From Bacteroidota bacterium (GTDB lineage Bacteria; Bacteroidota; Bacteroidia; Chitinophagales; Chitinophagaceae), in the NCBI GenBank assembly GCA_037144255.1, contig JBAWXE010000001.1, forward strand, positions 24,866 to 88,865: DNA of 64,000 bases, in the 5' to 3' direction. How positions within the stretch are numbered: position 1 is the first letter of the stretch; each line of letters starts with the position of its first letter. Of this stretch, positions 7,730 to 17,605 are shown one piece after another. The position numbers were made by a program, and so were the translations under genes. The notes beneath the pieces were generated by a model. It worked only from the letters and a program-made list of their open reading frames with translations. It had not been told where the DNA came from and searched no databases.

Positions 7730-8473
7730 ATGAAGATTTTAGTTTGTATCAGTCAGGTGCCGGACACCACTACCAAGATCGCCTTTAGCGATAACAATAC
7801 TCATTTCAGCACACAGGGTGTTACGTTCATCATCAATCCTTGGGATGAATGGTATGCACTCGTTCGCGCTTTGGAATTGAAAGAAGCAGGCGTTGCAACT
7901 GCTGTACATCTGGTTACAGTAGGTAAGGCCGATACTGAGCCTGTTATCCGCAAGGCTTTGGCCTTGGGTGGCGACGAGGCAATCCGTATCGATTGCGATA
8001 GCAACGACACTTACTTGGTAGCTGCACAAATTGCAGAATTCGCAAAGACAGAAAATTATGATCTGGTACTCTGTGGTAAAGAATCTATAGACTATAACAA
8101 TGGTACTGTAGGTGCTATGCTGGCAGAATTGCTGGATATGAACTTTATAGGTTTCGCTTCTAAGCTGGATATAGCAGGTACTGTAGCTACAGTAAGCCGC
8201 GAAATAGAAGGTGGTGAAGAAGTAGATACTTGCAGCTTGCCATTAGTAGTTTCTTGCCAGAAAGGTATGGCAGAAGCTCGCATACCTAATATGCGCGGTA
8301 TCATGGCTGCTCGTACCAAGCCGCTGAAAGTAGTAGCACCTGCTGCTATCGATGCGCTTAGCACTATAGTATCTTACGAAATGCCTCCTGCTAAGACCGG
8401 TGTAAAACTGATCAACGCAGAGAACATGGACGAACTGGTAAGTCTCTTACACAGTGAAGCAAAAGTTATTTAA
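7730..8473 (+). CDS. etfB: Electron transfer flavoprotein subunit beta
   Basis: 247 aa. MKILVCISQVPDT start and overall EtfB pattern. Followed directly by etfA. Confidence 0.9.
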   Translation: MKILVCISQVPDTTTKIAFSDNNTHFSTQGVTFIINPWDEWYALVRALELKEAGVATAVHLVTVGKADTEPVIRKALALGGDEAIRIDCDSNDTYLVAAQIAEFAKTENYDLVLCGKESIDYNNGTVGAMLAELLDMNFIGFASKLDIAGTVATVSREIEGGEEVDTCSLPLVVSCQKGMAEARIPNMRGIMAARTKPLKVVAPAAIDALSTIVSYEMPPAKTGVKLINAENMDELVSLLHSEAKVI

Positions 8474-8498
8474 TCATACACTACTAACTACACATACA

Positions 8499-9476
8499 AT
8501 GTCTGTAATAGTTTTAGCCGAACATACACAAGGTGGTTTCAAGAAAAAAACATTAGAGCTGGTGCAATATGCATCAGCAATAGCACAAAGCCTCAGTACA
8601 ACTGTTACTGCAGTAGCTATGGGTACTGTCAGCGATGCAGAAATGCAATCACTGGGTCAGTCTGGTGCAGCCAAAGTACTGCACATAGCAGATGCTCGTT
8701 TAGATGCTCTTAATTCTCGTGCATATACAAAAGCACTGATAGCTGCTGCACAAAAGGAAAGTGCTAAAGTAATAGTAGCTGCTCACGATGTGACAGGTAA
8801 AGCTGTTGCACCACGCGTAGCTGCTAGCCTCAAGGCCGGTCTGGTTGCAGGTGCGGTTTCTTATCCAGATCTGTCAAAAGGTTTTGTGATCAAGAAGAAC
8901 GTATTTGCGGGTAAGGCATTTGCTTATGTAAATATCACCAGCGATCTGAAAGTGGTAACTCTGATGCCTAACACTTTCCCGGTTAAGAAAGGAGAAGGCA
9001 CTGCATCTGTAGAGAAACTGGATGTTGCATTTGAAGATAAAGACTTCGCAGTAAGTGTGAAGGAAGTGAATAAAGTTACGGGTGCTGTTCCTTTGGGCGA
9101 AGCTGAATTGGTAGTATCAGGAGGCCGTGGTATGAAAGGCCCTGAGAACTGGGGTGTACTGGAAGATCTGGCAGCTGCACTAGGTGCAGCATTAGCTTGT
9201 TCTCGTCCTGTAGCCGATTCTCATTGGCGCCCACATCACGAACATGTTGGTCAGACAGGTGGTACTATCCGCCCTAATCTGTATATAGCTGTAGGTATCT
9301 CTGGTGCAATACAGCATCTGGCAGGTGTCAATGGTTCTAAGTCCATCGTTGTTATCAACAAAGATCCTGAGGCTCCTTTCTTCAAAGCCGCAGACTATGG
9401 TGTTATAGGCGATGCTATGGAAGTAGTACCGCGTCTTACCGCTGCAGTTAAGAAATTCAAAGACACGCATAATTAG
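8499..9476 (+). CDS. etfA: Electron transfer flavoprotein subunit alpha
   Basis: The track ORF starts at 8454 and overlaps etfB. The ATG at 8499 (MSVIVLAEH...) is the canonical EtfA start. C-terminal FAD-binding segment PELYIAVGISGAIQHLAG-like. Confidence 0.9.
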   Translation: MSVIVLAEHTQGGFKKKTLELVQYASAIAQSLSTTVTAVAMGTVSDAEMQSLGQSGAAKVLHIADARLDALNSRAYTKALIAAAQKESAKVIVAAHDVTGKAVAPRVAASLKAGLVAGAVSYPDLSKGFVIKKNVFAGKAFAYVNITSDLKVVTLMPNTFPVKKGEGTASVEKLDVAFEDKDFAVSVKEVNKVTGAVPLGEAELVVSGGRGMKGPENWGVLEDLAAALGAALACSRPVADSHWRPHHEHVGQTGGTIRPNLYIAVGISGAIQHLAGVNGSKSIVVINKDPEAPFFKAADYGVIGDAMEVVPRLTAAVKKFKDTHN

Positions 9477-9501
9477 TAGCACTCTGTTAGTCATAAATAA
9501 T

Positions 9502-9526
9502 AAAGGCAACCGATCTGGTTGCCTTT
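9502..9526. terminator. Bidirectional terminator hairpin between convergent etfA and the redoxin gene
   Basis: AAAGGCAACC-GATCT-GGTTGCCTTT, flanked by A/T runs on both sides. Confidence 0.7.
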
Positions 9527-9549
9527 ATTAGTCTTAGTATGTTGTTATA

Positions 9550-10044
9550 TTATTTGCTTAGTTCTTTTACTTTGGCATAGAGTTCTTCTTCGCCGCCTTC
9601 TTCGTAGCCGGTATGCATCCATGCTACCTTGCCTGTCTTATCTACAATGATGGTAAATGGTACAGACTGAAAGTTCAGAGAGCGTTTCAGGTCAGAATTA
9701 GGATCTATAAAATAAGGAAAATCCCATCCTTGTGATTTGGCATAGCTCCGTACCAGACCTTCAGCCCGAGACTCATCTATAGATACCGTCATGTAGTTGA
9801 AATCGGTCTCTTTCTTCCAAGTAGGCATCTTGTCGCGTATGTTCTTGATCTCCTTCTTGCAAGGTACACACCATGTAGCCCAGAAACTTACTACGGTTAC
9901 CTTACCATTTGTAAAAGCAGTATTGAATGCTACCTTTTTGCTGGTATTCACATCCTTTATCTGTGTATCAGGAAGTTCTGAAGTTTGGGCATGTGCAGCA
10001 GAGAACATGAACAAGCTTGCTACGATCGTGATTAATTTTTTCAT
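9550..10044 (-). CDS. TlpA-family thiol-disulfide oxidoreductase (secreted thioredoxin-like)
   Basis: WATWCVPCKKE CxxC motif. Start placed at the ATG at 10044 (MKKLITIVASLFMFSAAHAQ signal peptide) rather than the track start at 10092. Confidence 0.85.
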   Translation of the reverse strand: MKKLITIVASLFMFSAAHAQTSELPDTQIKDVNTSKKVAFNTAFTNGKVTVVSFWATWCVPCKKEIKNIRDKMPTWKKETDFNYMTVSIDESRAEGLVRSYAKSQGWDFPYFIDPNSDLKRSLNFQSVPFTIIVDKTGKVAWMHTGYEEGGEEELYAKVKELSK

Positions 10045-10143
10045 GTATATAAGTATGTGTATTTTACTAAATAAGGGCAAATATGTTGCCATTTATTGCT
10101 AAAGATTCTAATTTCGGTAAAATTTTAAACATTTTAGCATTTA

Positions 10144-11736
10144 ATGAAAAAAATAGCTCTTTTATTTTCGTTATCGTTAATAGCTGTTTCCGTTGTCAAG
10201 GCGCAGGGTACTCTTTCAGGAGACCTGATGATGAATACTAATTTCTTTCAGCGAGATTCTTCTATCAAGGCGGCTAATAACCCACTGTATGATAATTACT
10301 TGAGTGGAGGAGAAGCATGGCTGGGACTACGCTATAGTTATAAAGGATTTACAGCTACTATACGTGCGGATGTTTTTAACAATTCTAATTTGAAGGACCC
10401 ACAGAATGCCATGAGTGGTTTTGGACTGGGTGCATGGACTCTGAGTAAAGAATTCAAAGACCTGAAAATAACTGCCGGTTATATATATGACCAAATAGGT
10501 AGTGGTATACTGTTCAGGGCATATGAGGACAGGGGCCTGCTGATAGATAATGCCTTGGTAGGTGTGCATCTGAAATACAAACTCAACGAACATATAATTC
10601 TAAAAGGGTTTACCGGACAACAGAAGAATGTATTCAATCGTTACGAGCCTATAGTAAAAGGTATCAGTGCAGAAGGTGATTACAGTATAGGTAAGTTACA
10701 CCTATTGCCTGGGGTTGGTGCTATCAACCGTACGATAGATCAAACATCTATGGAAGCTATTACTTCTACTATCAATGGTTATGCTCTAGGCGATCGTTTT
10801 GAGCCTATGTACAATATGTATGGCTATACATTCTACAATACATTGAATATAGGCGACTTCTCATGGTATGCAGAAGGTTCTTACAAAACACACGAAGCTA
10901 TTATTGGTCTGGATGGCCAGCTACATGACCACGATGGTAATGTAGAATATACTACCCTAGGCTATGCACGTAAAGGTATAGCACTGAATGTAACAGGTAA
11001 GCGTACCGAGAATTTTGTGATGCGTACATCTCCTAACGAAAAGCTATTATTGGGCATACTTAATTGGCAACCATTAGTATCACATATAAGGGCACAAAGA
11101 TTGATGGCACGTTATACACCGGCATCGCAGGATATTTCAGAACAAGCAGCAGGGGCAGACCTATTACTAGCTCCTAATGAAACCACCTCATTTATTATCA
11201 ACTATACGTATATCAATACATTGGATAATGTAAAATTGTATCGTGAAACTTATCTGGAAGGTGAGTATCGTGGTATAGACAAATGTATACTCCAGGGTGG
11301 GTTGCAAATATTAGAATACAATCAGAAAGTGTATCAGGTAAACTCTGCCAAGACCATTGTAAATGCTGTGACACCTTTTGCTGAGTTCACCTACCGTATC
11401 AATAGCAAACAATCTATCAGAACAGAGTGGGAATACATGAGCACCAAACAAGACTACGGTTCATGGATATTCGGATTGCTGGAATTCAATGTGGCACCTA
11501 AATGGTCATTCTCGGTTTCTGATATGTATAATATAGACCCATATACTGATGGATTGAAATTGCCATCCAGTGAAGGGAAACATTATTATAACTTCTTTGC
11601 AGCATATACCAAAGGGCCTCACCGTTTTACAATAGCATATGTAAAACAAGTGGATGGTATCAATTGTACGGGAGGTGTTTGTCGTTATGAACCGGCATTC
11701 AGCGGTATAAGAACAGGTATAACATCCAGCTTCTAA
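10144..11736 (+). CDS. Putative outer-membrane beta-barrel protein (possibly DUF6029-like)
   Basis: 530 aa. Signal peptide, alternating beta-strand pattern, aromatic C-terminal residue (…GITSSF). Divergent from the TlpA-like gene. Confidence 0.55.
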   Translation: MKKIALLFSLSLIAVSVVKAQGTLSGDLMMNTNFFQRDSSIKAANNPLYDNYLSGGEAWLGLRYSYKGFTATIRADVFNNSNLKDPQNAMSGFGLGAWTLSKEFKDLKITAGYIYDQIGSGILFRAYEDRGLLIDNALVGVHLKYKLNEHIILKGFTGQQKNVFNRYEPIVKGISAEGDYSIGKLHLLPGVGAINRTIDQTSMEAITSTINGYALGDRFEPMYNMYGYTFYNTLNIGDFSWYAEGSYKTHEAIIGLDGQLHDHDGNVEYTTLGYARKGIALNVTGKRTENFVMRTSPNEKLLLGILNWQPLVSHIRAQRLMARYTPASQDISEQAAGADLLLAPNETTSFIINYTYINTLDNVKLYRETYLEGEYRGIDKCILQGGLQILEYNQKVYQVNSAKTIVNAVTPFAEFTYRINSKQSIRTEWEYMSTKQDYGSWIFGLLEFNVAPKWSFSVSDMYNIDPYTDGLKLPSSEGKHYYNFFAAYTKGPHRFTIAYVKQVDGINCTGGVCRYEPAFSGIRTGITSSF

Positions 11737-11814
11737 AGCTTAATGCTATAAAAGTGCTTATTTTTGTTGAACGGTTCCTTATGGAGCCGTTCTTGTTTAC
11801 AGATACTACACATC

Positions 11815-13410
11815 ATGTTACGAACAGATTTTTTAGTGATAGGTTCAGGTATAGCGGGGTTGACATTTGCAGTGAAAACTGCCAAACGTTTTCCGGATAA
11901 GACCATAACGATACTGACCAAAGCCAATACTGATGAGACCAATACGAAATATGCACAAGGTGGAATTGCGGTAGTGAATGATCCACAGGATAGTTTTCAA
12001 AAGCATATCCAAGATACACTGATAGCCGGAGATGGGCTGTGCAATGCGAAGATAGTAGAGATAGTAGTAAAAGAAGGACCAAATGGGGTGAATGAGATCA
12101 TAGAATGGGGAGCGAGATTTGATAAAGACCCTGAAGGTGACTATATGAGAGGTAAGGAGGGAGGACACTCAGAGTTCAGAATACTGCATCATAAGGATAT
12201 CACAGGGTTTGAGATAGAGCGGACATTGGTAGAAGAAGTAAAGAAATATCCAAACATACAGATATACAATCACTGGTTTGTAGTAGATATCATCACACAA
12301 CATCATTTGGGTTATCTGGTAACCAAATCTGCACCTGATATTGAATGTTATGGTGTGTATGCGCTGAACCTTAAAACAAGAAAGACGGAGAAAATATTAT
12401 CGCGCATTACAGTAATGGCATCGGGTGGTACCGGACAAGCATACCGTACTACAACTAACCCACGAATTGCCACAGGGGATGGTATAGCCATGGTATACCG
12501 TGCCAAGGGGCGTATAGAGAATATGGAATTTATACAGTTTCATCCTACAGCACTCTATGAGGCAGGTGTGAGCCCGTCGTTCCTTATTACAGAAGCTGTA
12601 AGAGGAGACGGTGGAATACTGCGCAATAAAGAAGGAGAAGCGTTTATGGTGCGCTATGATGAGCGTGCTGATCTGGCACCACGCGATGTAGTTGCAAGAG
12701 CTATAGATAGTGAAATGAAGCGAACAGGTACAGAAAATGTGTATCTGGACTGCAGGCATATGGATGCAGATAAATTCAAAGCACATTTCCCTAATATTTA
12801 CGAGAAATGCAAAAGTGTAGGGATAGATGCATTAGAGCAGATGATACCTGTGGCACCCGCAGCACATTACTGCTGTGGAGGTGTGAAGACAGATGAGTAT
12901 GGTCATACTTCCATCAAACGTTTATATGCGTGTGGAGAGTGTGCCAGTACCGGGTTACATGGTGCTAACAGATTAGCCTCAAATTCATTGTTAGAAGCAT
13001 TGGTTTTTGCTAATCGTATAGCAGTGGATGCAGCTAATAGCATAGATGTTACTAAATTTAAATATGAGATACCTGACTGGGATGCCAAAGGTACTGATGA
13101 CCCTAAAGAAATGATATTGATAACGCAGAGCCTGAAGGAACTGCAACAAGTAATGAGTGACTATGTGGGGATAGTGCGCAATGATGTGCGATTGGAACGT
13201 GCTATCAGACGTATAGATCTGCTACATGAGGAAACTGAAGAACTGTATAAGACCACTATATTGTCGCCACAGCTGTGTGAACTGAGGAATCTGATCACAA
13301 TAGGTTATCTAGTAGTGAAGGAAGCGCAATTCAGAAAAGAAAGCCGGGGTCTGCATTTTAATACAGACTACCCGGATAAAAGTCCATTGCTTCAGAATAT
13401 TGTATTATAA
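11815..13410 (+). CDS. nadB: L-aspartate oxidase
   Basis: DFLVIGSGIAGL FAD motif. HPTAL, RGDGG and C-terminal SRGLH motifs. The ATG at 11815 is preferred over the TTG at 11764. Confidence 0.9.
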   Translation: MLRTDFLVIGSGIAGLTFAVKTAKRFPDKTITILTKANTDETNTKYAQGGIAVVNDPQDSFQKHIQDTLIAGDGLCNAKIVEIVVKEGPNGVNEIIEWGARFDKDPEGDYMRGKEGGHSEFRILHHKDITGFEIERTLVEEVKKYPNIQIYNHWFVVDIITQHHLGYLVTKSAPDIECYGVYALNLKTRKTEKILSRITVMASGGTGQAYRTTTNPRIATGDGIAMVYRAKGRIENMEFIQFHPTALYEAGVSPSFLITEAVRGDGGILRNKEGEAFMVRYDERADLAPRDVVARAIDSEMKRTGTENVYLDCRHMDADKFKAHFPNIYEKCKSVGIDALEQMIPVAPAAHYCCGGVKTDEYGHTSIKRLYACGECASTGLHGANRLASNSLLEALVFANRIAVDAANSIDVTKFKYEIPDWDAKGTDDPKEMILITQSLKELQQVMSDYVGIVRNDVRLERAIRRIDLLHEETEELYKTTILSPQLCELRNLITIGYLVVKEAQFRKESRGLHFNTDYPDKSPLLQNIVL

Positions 13411-15210
13411 CATGGCAACCTTGCCATTGGAGGCAGGTGCGTGTTTATCTTTTCTTTCACCTATTTGCTGACGCCACATAGCATAGTAGAGACCTTTCTC
13501 TTGCAATAGGTCATTGTGTGTGCCGGTCTCTATAATATTACCTTGTTCCAGTACATAGATACGATCGGCATGCATGATGGTAGAAAGGCGGTGTGCAATC
13601 AGGATAGTGATCTGCTCTCGTGCCTTAGATATTTCTTTTACAGTACCGGTTATTTCTTCTTCCGTAATAGAGTCTAATGAACTTGTAGCCTCATCAAAAA
13701 TCAATAATTTAGGATGACGTAGCAGGCTACGAGCTATACTCAGACGTTGTTTTTCTCCACCACTCACTTTCATGCCACTTTCGCCTATCAAGGTATCAAG
13801 GCCTTTATCTGCACGACTGAGGAGGCTATGACAAGCTGCTTTATGTAGTGCATCGAACATCTCTGCATCGGTAGCATCCGGTTTTACAAAAGACATATTT
13901 TCTCTGATGGTGCCAGCAAATAACTGTGTATCCTGTGTAACGAAACCTATTTGACTGCGTAGATGATCGAAGATGATATCGTGACCATCAATGCCATTGT
14001 ATAATATCCTTCCTTCTTTAGGACGGTAAAGGCCTACCAATAGTTTAACAAGGGTTGTTTTACCGGAACCAGAGGGGCCTACGAAAGCAATTGTTTCACC
14101 TTGTTTGACACTGAATGAGATATTCTCTAATGCATTTTGAGATGCACTCTGATGTTTGAAACCTACGTTCTCATATTGCAAGGTGTCTATACTACCTAGT
14201 TCGGTAGGGTGATCAGGAGTAGCCTCGGGCGGACGCTGCATAAGATTGTGGTAATTATTGATACTGGCTTCTGCTTCGCGATAGCTAAGCAGTATATTAC
14301 CTATTTCCTGTAATGGGCCGAAGATGAAGAAAGAGAATATCTGCATGGTCACTAATTCATGTGGCTGCATACTATCCTTAAATATCAACCACATCAGCAA
14401 GAAAAGGATGAACTGGCGGAGCGTATTGACAATAGTACCTTGTAAGAAGCTGATACTACGAATTCGTTTTACCTTTGTCAACTCGAGTCCAAGAATCTTA
14501 TGAGTATTCTGATTCAATCTATTGACCTCTTGCTGGGTAAGGCCTAGGCTTTTCACCACCTCTATATTACGAAGGCTCTCAGTAGTAGCACCTGCGAGAG
14601 AGGTAGTGCGTTTCACTATCTCCTTCTGGATGATCTTGATCTTCTTACTGAAAACATTAGTAACTGTTGTTAGGAGCGCAATACCTACCAGATATGCCAA
14701 AGGCACGCTCCAGTGGATATAGATACCGGCATATACAAATACAAAGCCAACACCTACAACAATGGCAAACAATGCATTCAGAAAGTAGTTAATGAATTTT
14801 TCGGTATCTGTTCGCACTTTTGTTAGAATGCTGAGTGTTTCTCCACTGCGTTGATCTTCAAAATCCTGAAAAGGTAGTTTCATAGCATGTTGCAGACCAT
14901 CGGTAAAAATGCGGGCACCAAATTTTTGGTTGATCACATTGGCAAAATAATCTTGAAAATTTTTGGCAATACGGCTGACCATAGCAGTACCCATAGACAT
15001 GAATAATATCATCAGTACGCTCCATCCATAAGTGTTCCATGGAATGTTGATGCCTTTCTTTTTATTGTCTACAAAATCCTCAGCTATCTTGATGATCTTT
15101 CCAAAAAGGATGGGATCAATGAGGGAGAAGATGGTGTTGATAGTAGCCAGCACCAAAGTGAGGACTATTAGCCACCTATATGGTTTTAAATATTTTAATA
15201 AGAGTTTCAT
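13405..15210 (-). CDS. ABC exporter, fused permease/ATPase (MsbA/MdlB type)
   Basis: 601 aa. Six-TM N-terminal domain. Walker A GPSGSGKTT, signature SGGEKQR, Walker B LLIFDEATS. Confidence 0.9.
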   Translation of the reverse strand: MKLLLKYLKPYRWLIVLTLVLATINTIFSLIDPILFGKIIKIAEDFVDNKKKGINIPWNTYGWSVLMILFMSMGTAMVSRIAKNFQDYFANVINQKFGARIFTDGLQHAMKLPFQDFEDQRSGETLSILTKVRTDTEKFINYFLNALFAIVVGVGFVFVYAGIYIHWSVPLAYLVGIALLTTVTNVFSKKIKIIQKEIVKRTTSLAGATTESLRNIEVVKSLGLTQQEVNRLNQNTHKILGLELTKVKRIRSISFLQGTIVNTLRQFILFLLMWLIFKDSMQPHELVTMQIFSFFIFGPLQEIGNILLSYREAEASINNYHNLMQRPPEATPDHPTELGSIDTLQYENVGFKHQSASQNALENISFSVKQGETIAFVGPSGSGKTTLVKLLVGLYRPKEGRILYNGIDGHDIIFDHLRSQIGFVTQDTQLFAGTIRENMSFVKPDATDAEMFDALHKAACHSLLSRADKGLDTLIGESGMKVSGGEKQRLSIARSLLRHPKLLIFDEATSSLDSITEEEITGTVKEISKAREQITILIAHRLSTIMHADRIYVLEQGNIIETGTHNDLLQEKGLYYAMWRQQIGERKDKHAPASNGKVAML

Positions 15211-15217
15211 ACGTTTA

Positions 15218-15225
15218 CAAAGGTA
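15218..15225 (-). promoter_or_regulatory. Bacteroidota -7 box TACCTTTG, 7 nt upstream of the ABC exporter ATG
   Basis: The reverse complement of CAAAGGTA matches TAnnTTTG. Confidence 0.4.
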
Positions 15226-15301
15226 ATGGTTATCTGTACTGAACTACTAAAGGTAACTTAAGTCTTTTCTATAATGCAATTAGTAAAGTAGATGAAGTAG
15301 G

Positions 15302-15730
15302 CTATCGAGGTCTATTTGGGAATAATGTCATGAGCATTTGGCCAACTTTCTTATCGATAGGCAAGCTGAAAGTATCAGGTTTGAGTTCATATATATCCAG
15401 CCAGTATGTTATTTCGCCATCTATGTTATTGGCAATATTATCTAGAGAGGAATTACTAGTAACCCAATAATAGATACTGATAATTTGAGAACCATCAAAA
15501 GCGGACTGTTGGAAATAGTCGGTTGTATAAAAATGATCTAATACTTCAATATCCAAACTCAATTCCTCCATCCATTCTCTTTTCAGGCAGTCAATAGTGC
15601 CTTCGCCCATTTCCATACCACCACCCGGGAACTTGATGAACTTATTTCCTTTTATCAATTCTTCATTTACTAATATCTTATTGTTGTGTAATAAGATACC
15701 GTATACTCGAATGTTGAAATGCTTGGTCAT
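15302..15730 (-). CDS. NUDIX hydrolase
   Basis: 142 aa. Nudix box GGGMEMGEGTIDCLKREWMEELSL. Confidence 0.8.
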   Translation of the reverse strand: MTKHFNIRVYGILLHNNKILVNEELIKGNKFIKFPGGGMEMGEGTIDCLKREWMEELSLDIEVLDHFYTTDYFQQSAFDGSQIISIYYWVTSNSSLDNIANNIDGEITYWLDIYELKPDTFSLPIDKKVGQMLMTLFPNRPR

Positions 15731-15735
15731 AGCTA

Positions 15736-16455
15736 TTAATTAATATTTAAGCCAATAGTAAGCCCTACCCATGGTTTACCCTGATATATCCAGAATACCT
15801 TGTTTTTATCCAGCAGGTGGTCAACACCAGCTGCAATGCCAAAAGATATGCTATGTACACCTGTCATTACAGATACACCAGATATGAGTAACAAGCCTTC
15901 ATATTCAATATTGATCTTGTTATTTGTTACCCATTCGTTCATTGGTGTATTGCCAAATCCGGAGAACATACCAACACTATAACCCATATGCTTTACATCC
16001 CGTTTGTAGACATTGAGTGGCGTGCGAGTATAATCTAAACGATATTTATCTGCACGATACCCGAAATATAGAACACCATTATAAGTTGAGAGTAACTGGT
16101 TGGGAAATCCATTATTGTAAGGTCTGTATTTGAAGGCGATGGTCTGAATATCTATATCAAATGAAGGTTTATAGAAAGTATGGTAGTATTTGTCGCCTTT
16201 GTATTTTTTGAGTGTGGTACTGTAGATGGTTTTTTTATTCCGGTCTAAGACCAGACTGTCATTGATGTAAGTGGCAGGGTAGGCAACTGTTGTATCTTCA
16301 TTGGGAGAAGTAATATATACTTTGTCTTTAGATAATATCTTGGTGTAGTAGATCCCATCTTCGAAATTATATTTAGAAGAGTGGTATGCGCCGGCACAGC
16401 TACTGAGACATATTATGCCAGCTAAATAAATTAATAATACAGGTCTTCTAGGCAT
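15736..16455 (-). CDS. Hypothetical lipoprotein
   Basis: 239 aa. Lipobox LSSC. Tyr-rich and Gly-rich C-terminal half. No recognised domain. Confidence 0.5.
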   Translation of the reverse strand: MPRRPVLLIYLAGIICLSSCAGAYHSSKYNFEDGIYYTKILSKDKVYITSPNEDTTVAYPATYINDSLVLDRNKKTIYSTTLKKYKGDKYYHTFYKPSFDIDIQTIAFKYRPYNNGFPNQLLSTYNGVLYFGYRADKYRLDYTRTPLNVYKRDVKHMGYSVGMFSGFGNTPMNEWVTNNKINIEYEGLLLISGVSVMTGVHSISFGIAAGVDHLLDKNKVFWIYQGKPWVGLTIGLNIN

Positions 16456-16497
16456 GGGAATAGTTTAATAGAATAAACTTACCTAAAAGTACGGCAA

Positions 16498-17439
16498 TTA
16501 GAACCAACGTTTCTTATAAAAATACCAACTAGTGACAACGGATATGATAATAGACAAGAATACCGCTACATAGAAGCCTTCCATAGTATTCTCAGTAGGG
16601 AAATGTACATTCATGCCAAAGAATGCTGCTACCAATGCAGGTACAGAAAGAATGATAGTGATGGCTGTGAGGCGTTTCATCACTATGTTCATATTGTTGT
16701 TAATAATGCTAGCAAAGGCATCCATGGTACTGCTGAGGATATTAGTGTAAGTGTTGGCCATTTCAAGAGCTTGAGAGAACTCTACGATCAAATCGCTTAA
16801 AAATTCTCGTTCTTCTTCGTCGCAATTGAGAAAGTTGGTACGTTCCATCTTCATTAGTAACAATTCATCAGAGCGTAGTGCTGTAATAAAATAAACGAGA
16901 CTTTTTTGTACCCGCATCAGATACAGTAACTCTACATTACGATTTGAATCGTAGAGTTTTTGTTCCAACATATTGCGACGGTGGTTGATATCTTTTAGCA
17001 CTTGCATGAAATCCATTACCACTTTCTCGAAAATTTTCAGTACCATCATATTTGGTCTTTCGGGATGGCGTTTGGCAAAAGTGGTAAGGAAACGACGAAT
17101 GGCTACATTTTCAAAGGAATTAACTGTTACTACCTGACTATGTTGTGTGATGATGATGGAAATAGGAATAGTGATATAGTCGGCATCACTTTCATTGAGT
17201 GATTTATTCTCCACCGGTGTTTTGAGTACTATGAGTTTTACGCCATCTTCCATTTCGTAGCGGGCGCGCTCTTCAATATCCAAAGAATCGGTAAGGAAGT
17301 CGTGAGGTATATTGAGAGCAGAAGAGAGGTTATCTATCTCAGATTCGTTGAAAGGAGGTGTAACATTGATCCAGTTGGCTCCTTCTGCTTGTTCTATCTC
17401 CAGCGTCTTCTTGTTGATATTTTTATAGAATTGTACCAT
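16498..17439 (-). CDS. corA: CorA-family magnesium/cobalt transporter
   Basis: 313 aa. C-terminal two TM helices with the FFGMN motif. Confidence 0.85.
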   Translation of the reverse strand: MVQFYKNINKKTLEIEQAEGANWINVTPPFNESEIDNLSSALNIPHDFLTDSLDIEERARYEMEDGVKLIVLKTPVENKSLNESDADYITIPISIIITQHSQVVTVNSFENVAIRRFLTTFAKRHPERPNMMVLKIFEKVVMDFMQVLKDINHRRNMLEQKLYDSNRNVELLYLMRVQKSLVYFITALRSDELLLMKMERTNFLNCDEEEREFLSDLIVEFSQALEMANTYTNILSSTMDAFASIINNNMNIVMKRLTAITIILSVPALVAAFFGMNVHFPTENTMEGFYVAVFLSIIISVVTSWYFYKKRWF

Positions 17440-17568
17440 GGGTCATTTTTTTGACAAAATGTGAAATATGTTCAATAAAGGCATATGAGACCTTTGTAGT
17501 ATGAAGATAAACAGCTTAAAATTAAAAGTTTAGACTAAGTAAGAGTACTGTATTTGAGGCATCTTTAT

Positions 17569-17576
17569 TACTTTTG
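17569..17576 (+). promoter_or_regulatory. Bacteroidota -7 box TACTTTTG upstream of fbp
   Basis: Matches TAnnTTTG, 30 nt before the ATG at 17606. Confidence 0.35.
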
Positions 17577-17605
17577 CATTATCTTTTTTAGTAAAACAGT
17601 TATAT

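Noticed and set aside
8454-8498. N-terminal extensions given by the ORF track for etfA. The same applies to nadB 11764, the methyltransferase 30567, the SNF2 gene 36857, folP 41579, the redoxin 45812, and the genes with track starts at 50552, 57087 and 63414
   Set aside because: The extensions overlap neighbouring genes or repeat DNA, use TTG starts or lack family-typical N-termini. Internal ATGs give canonical starts or signal peptides.
10113-10121. Single TTCGGTAAA box in the divergent TlpA / beta-barrel promoter region, possibly linking CGGTAA boxes to redoxin genes
   Set aside because: It is one copy of a short word, so it is well within chance expectation. It is worth revisiting only if a genome-wide search shows enrichment.
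13405-13410. Convergent nadB and ABC exporter stop codons share the palindrome TTATAA (6 bp overlap, no terminator)
   Set aside because: This is a real overlap but a trivial consequence of compact gene packing, and no functional inference can be supported.
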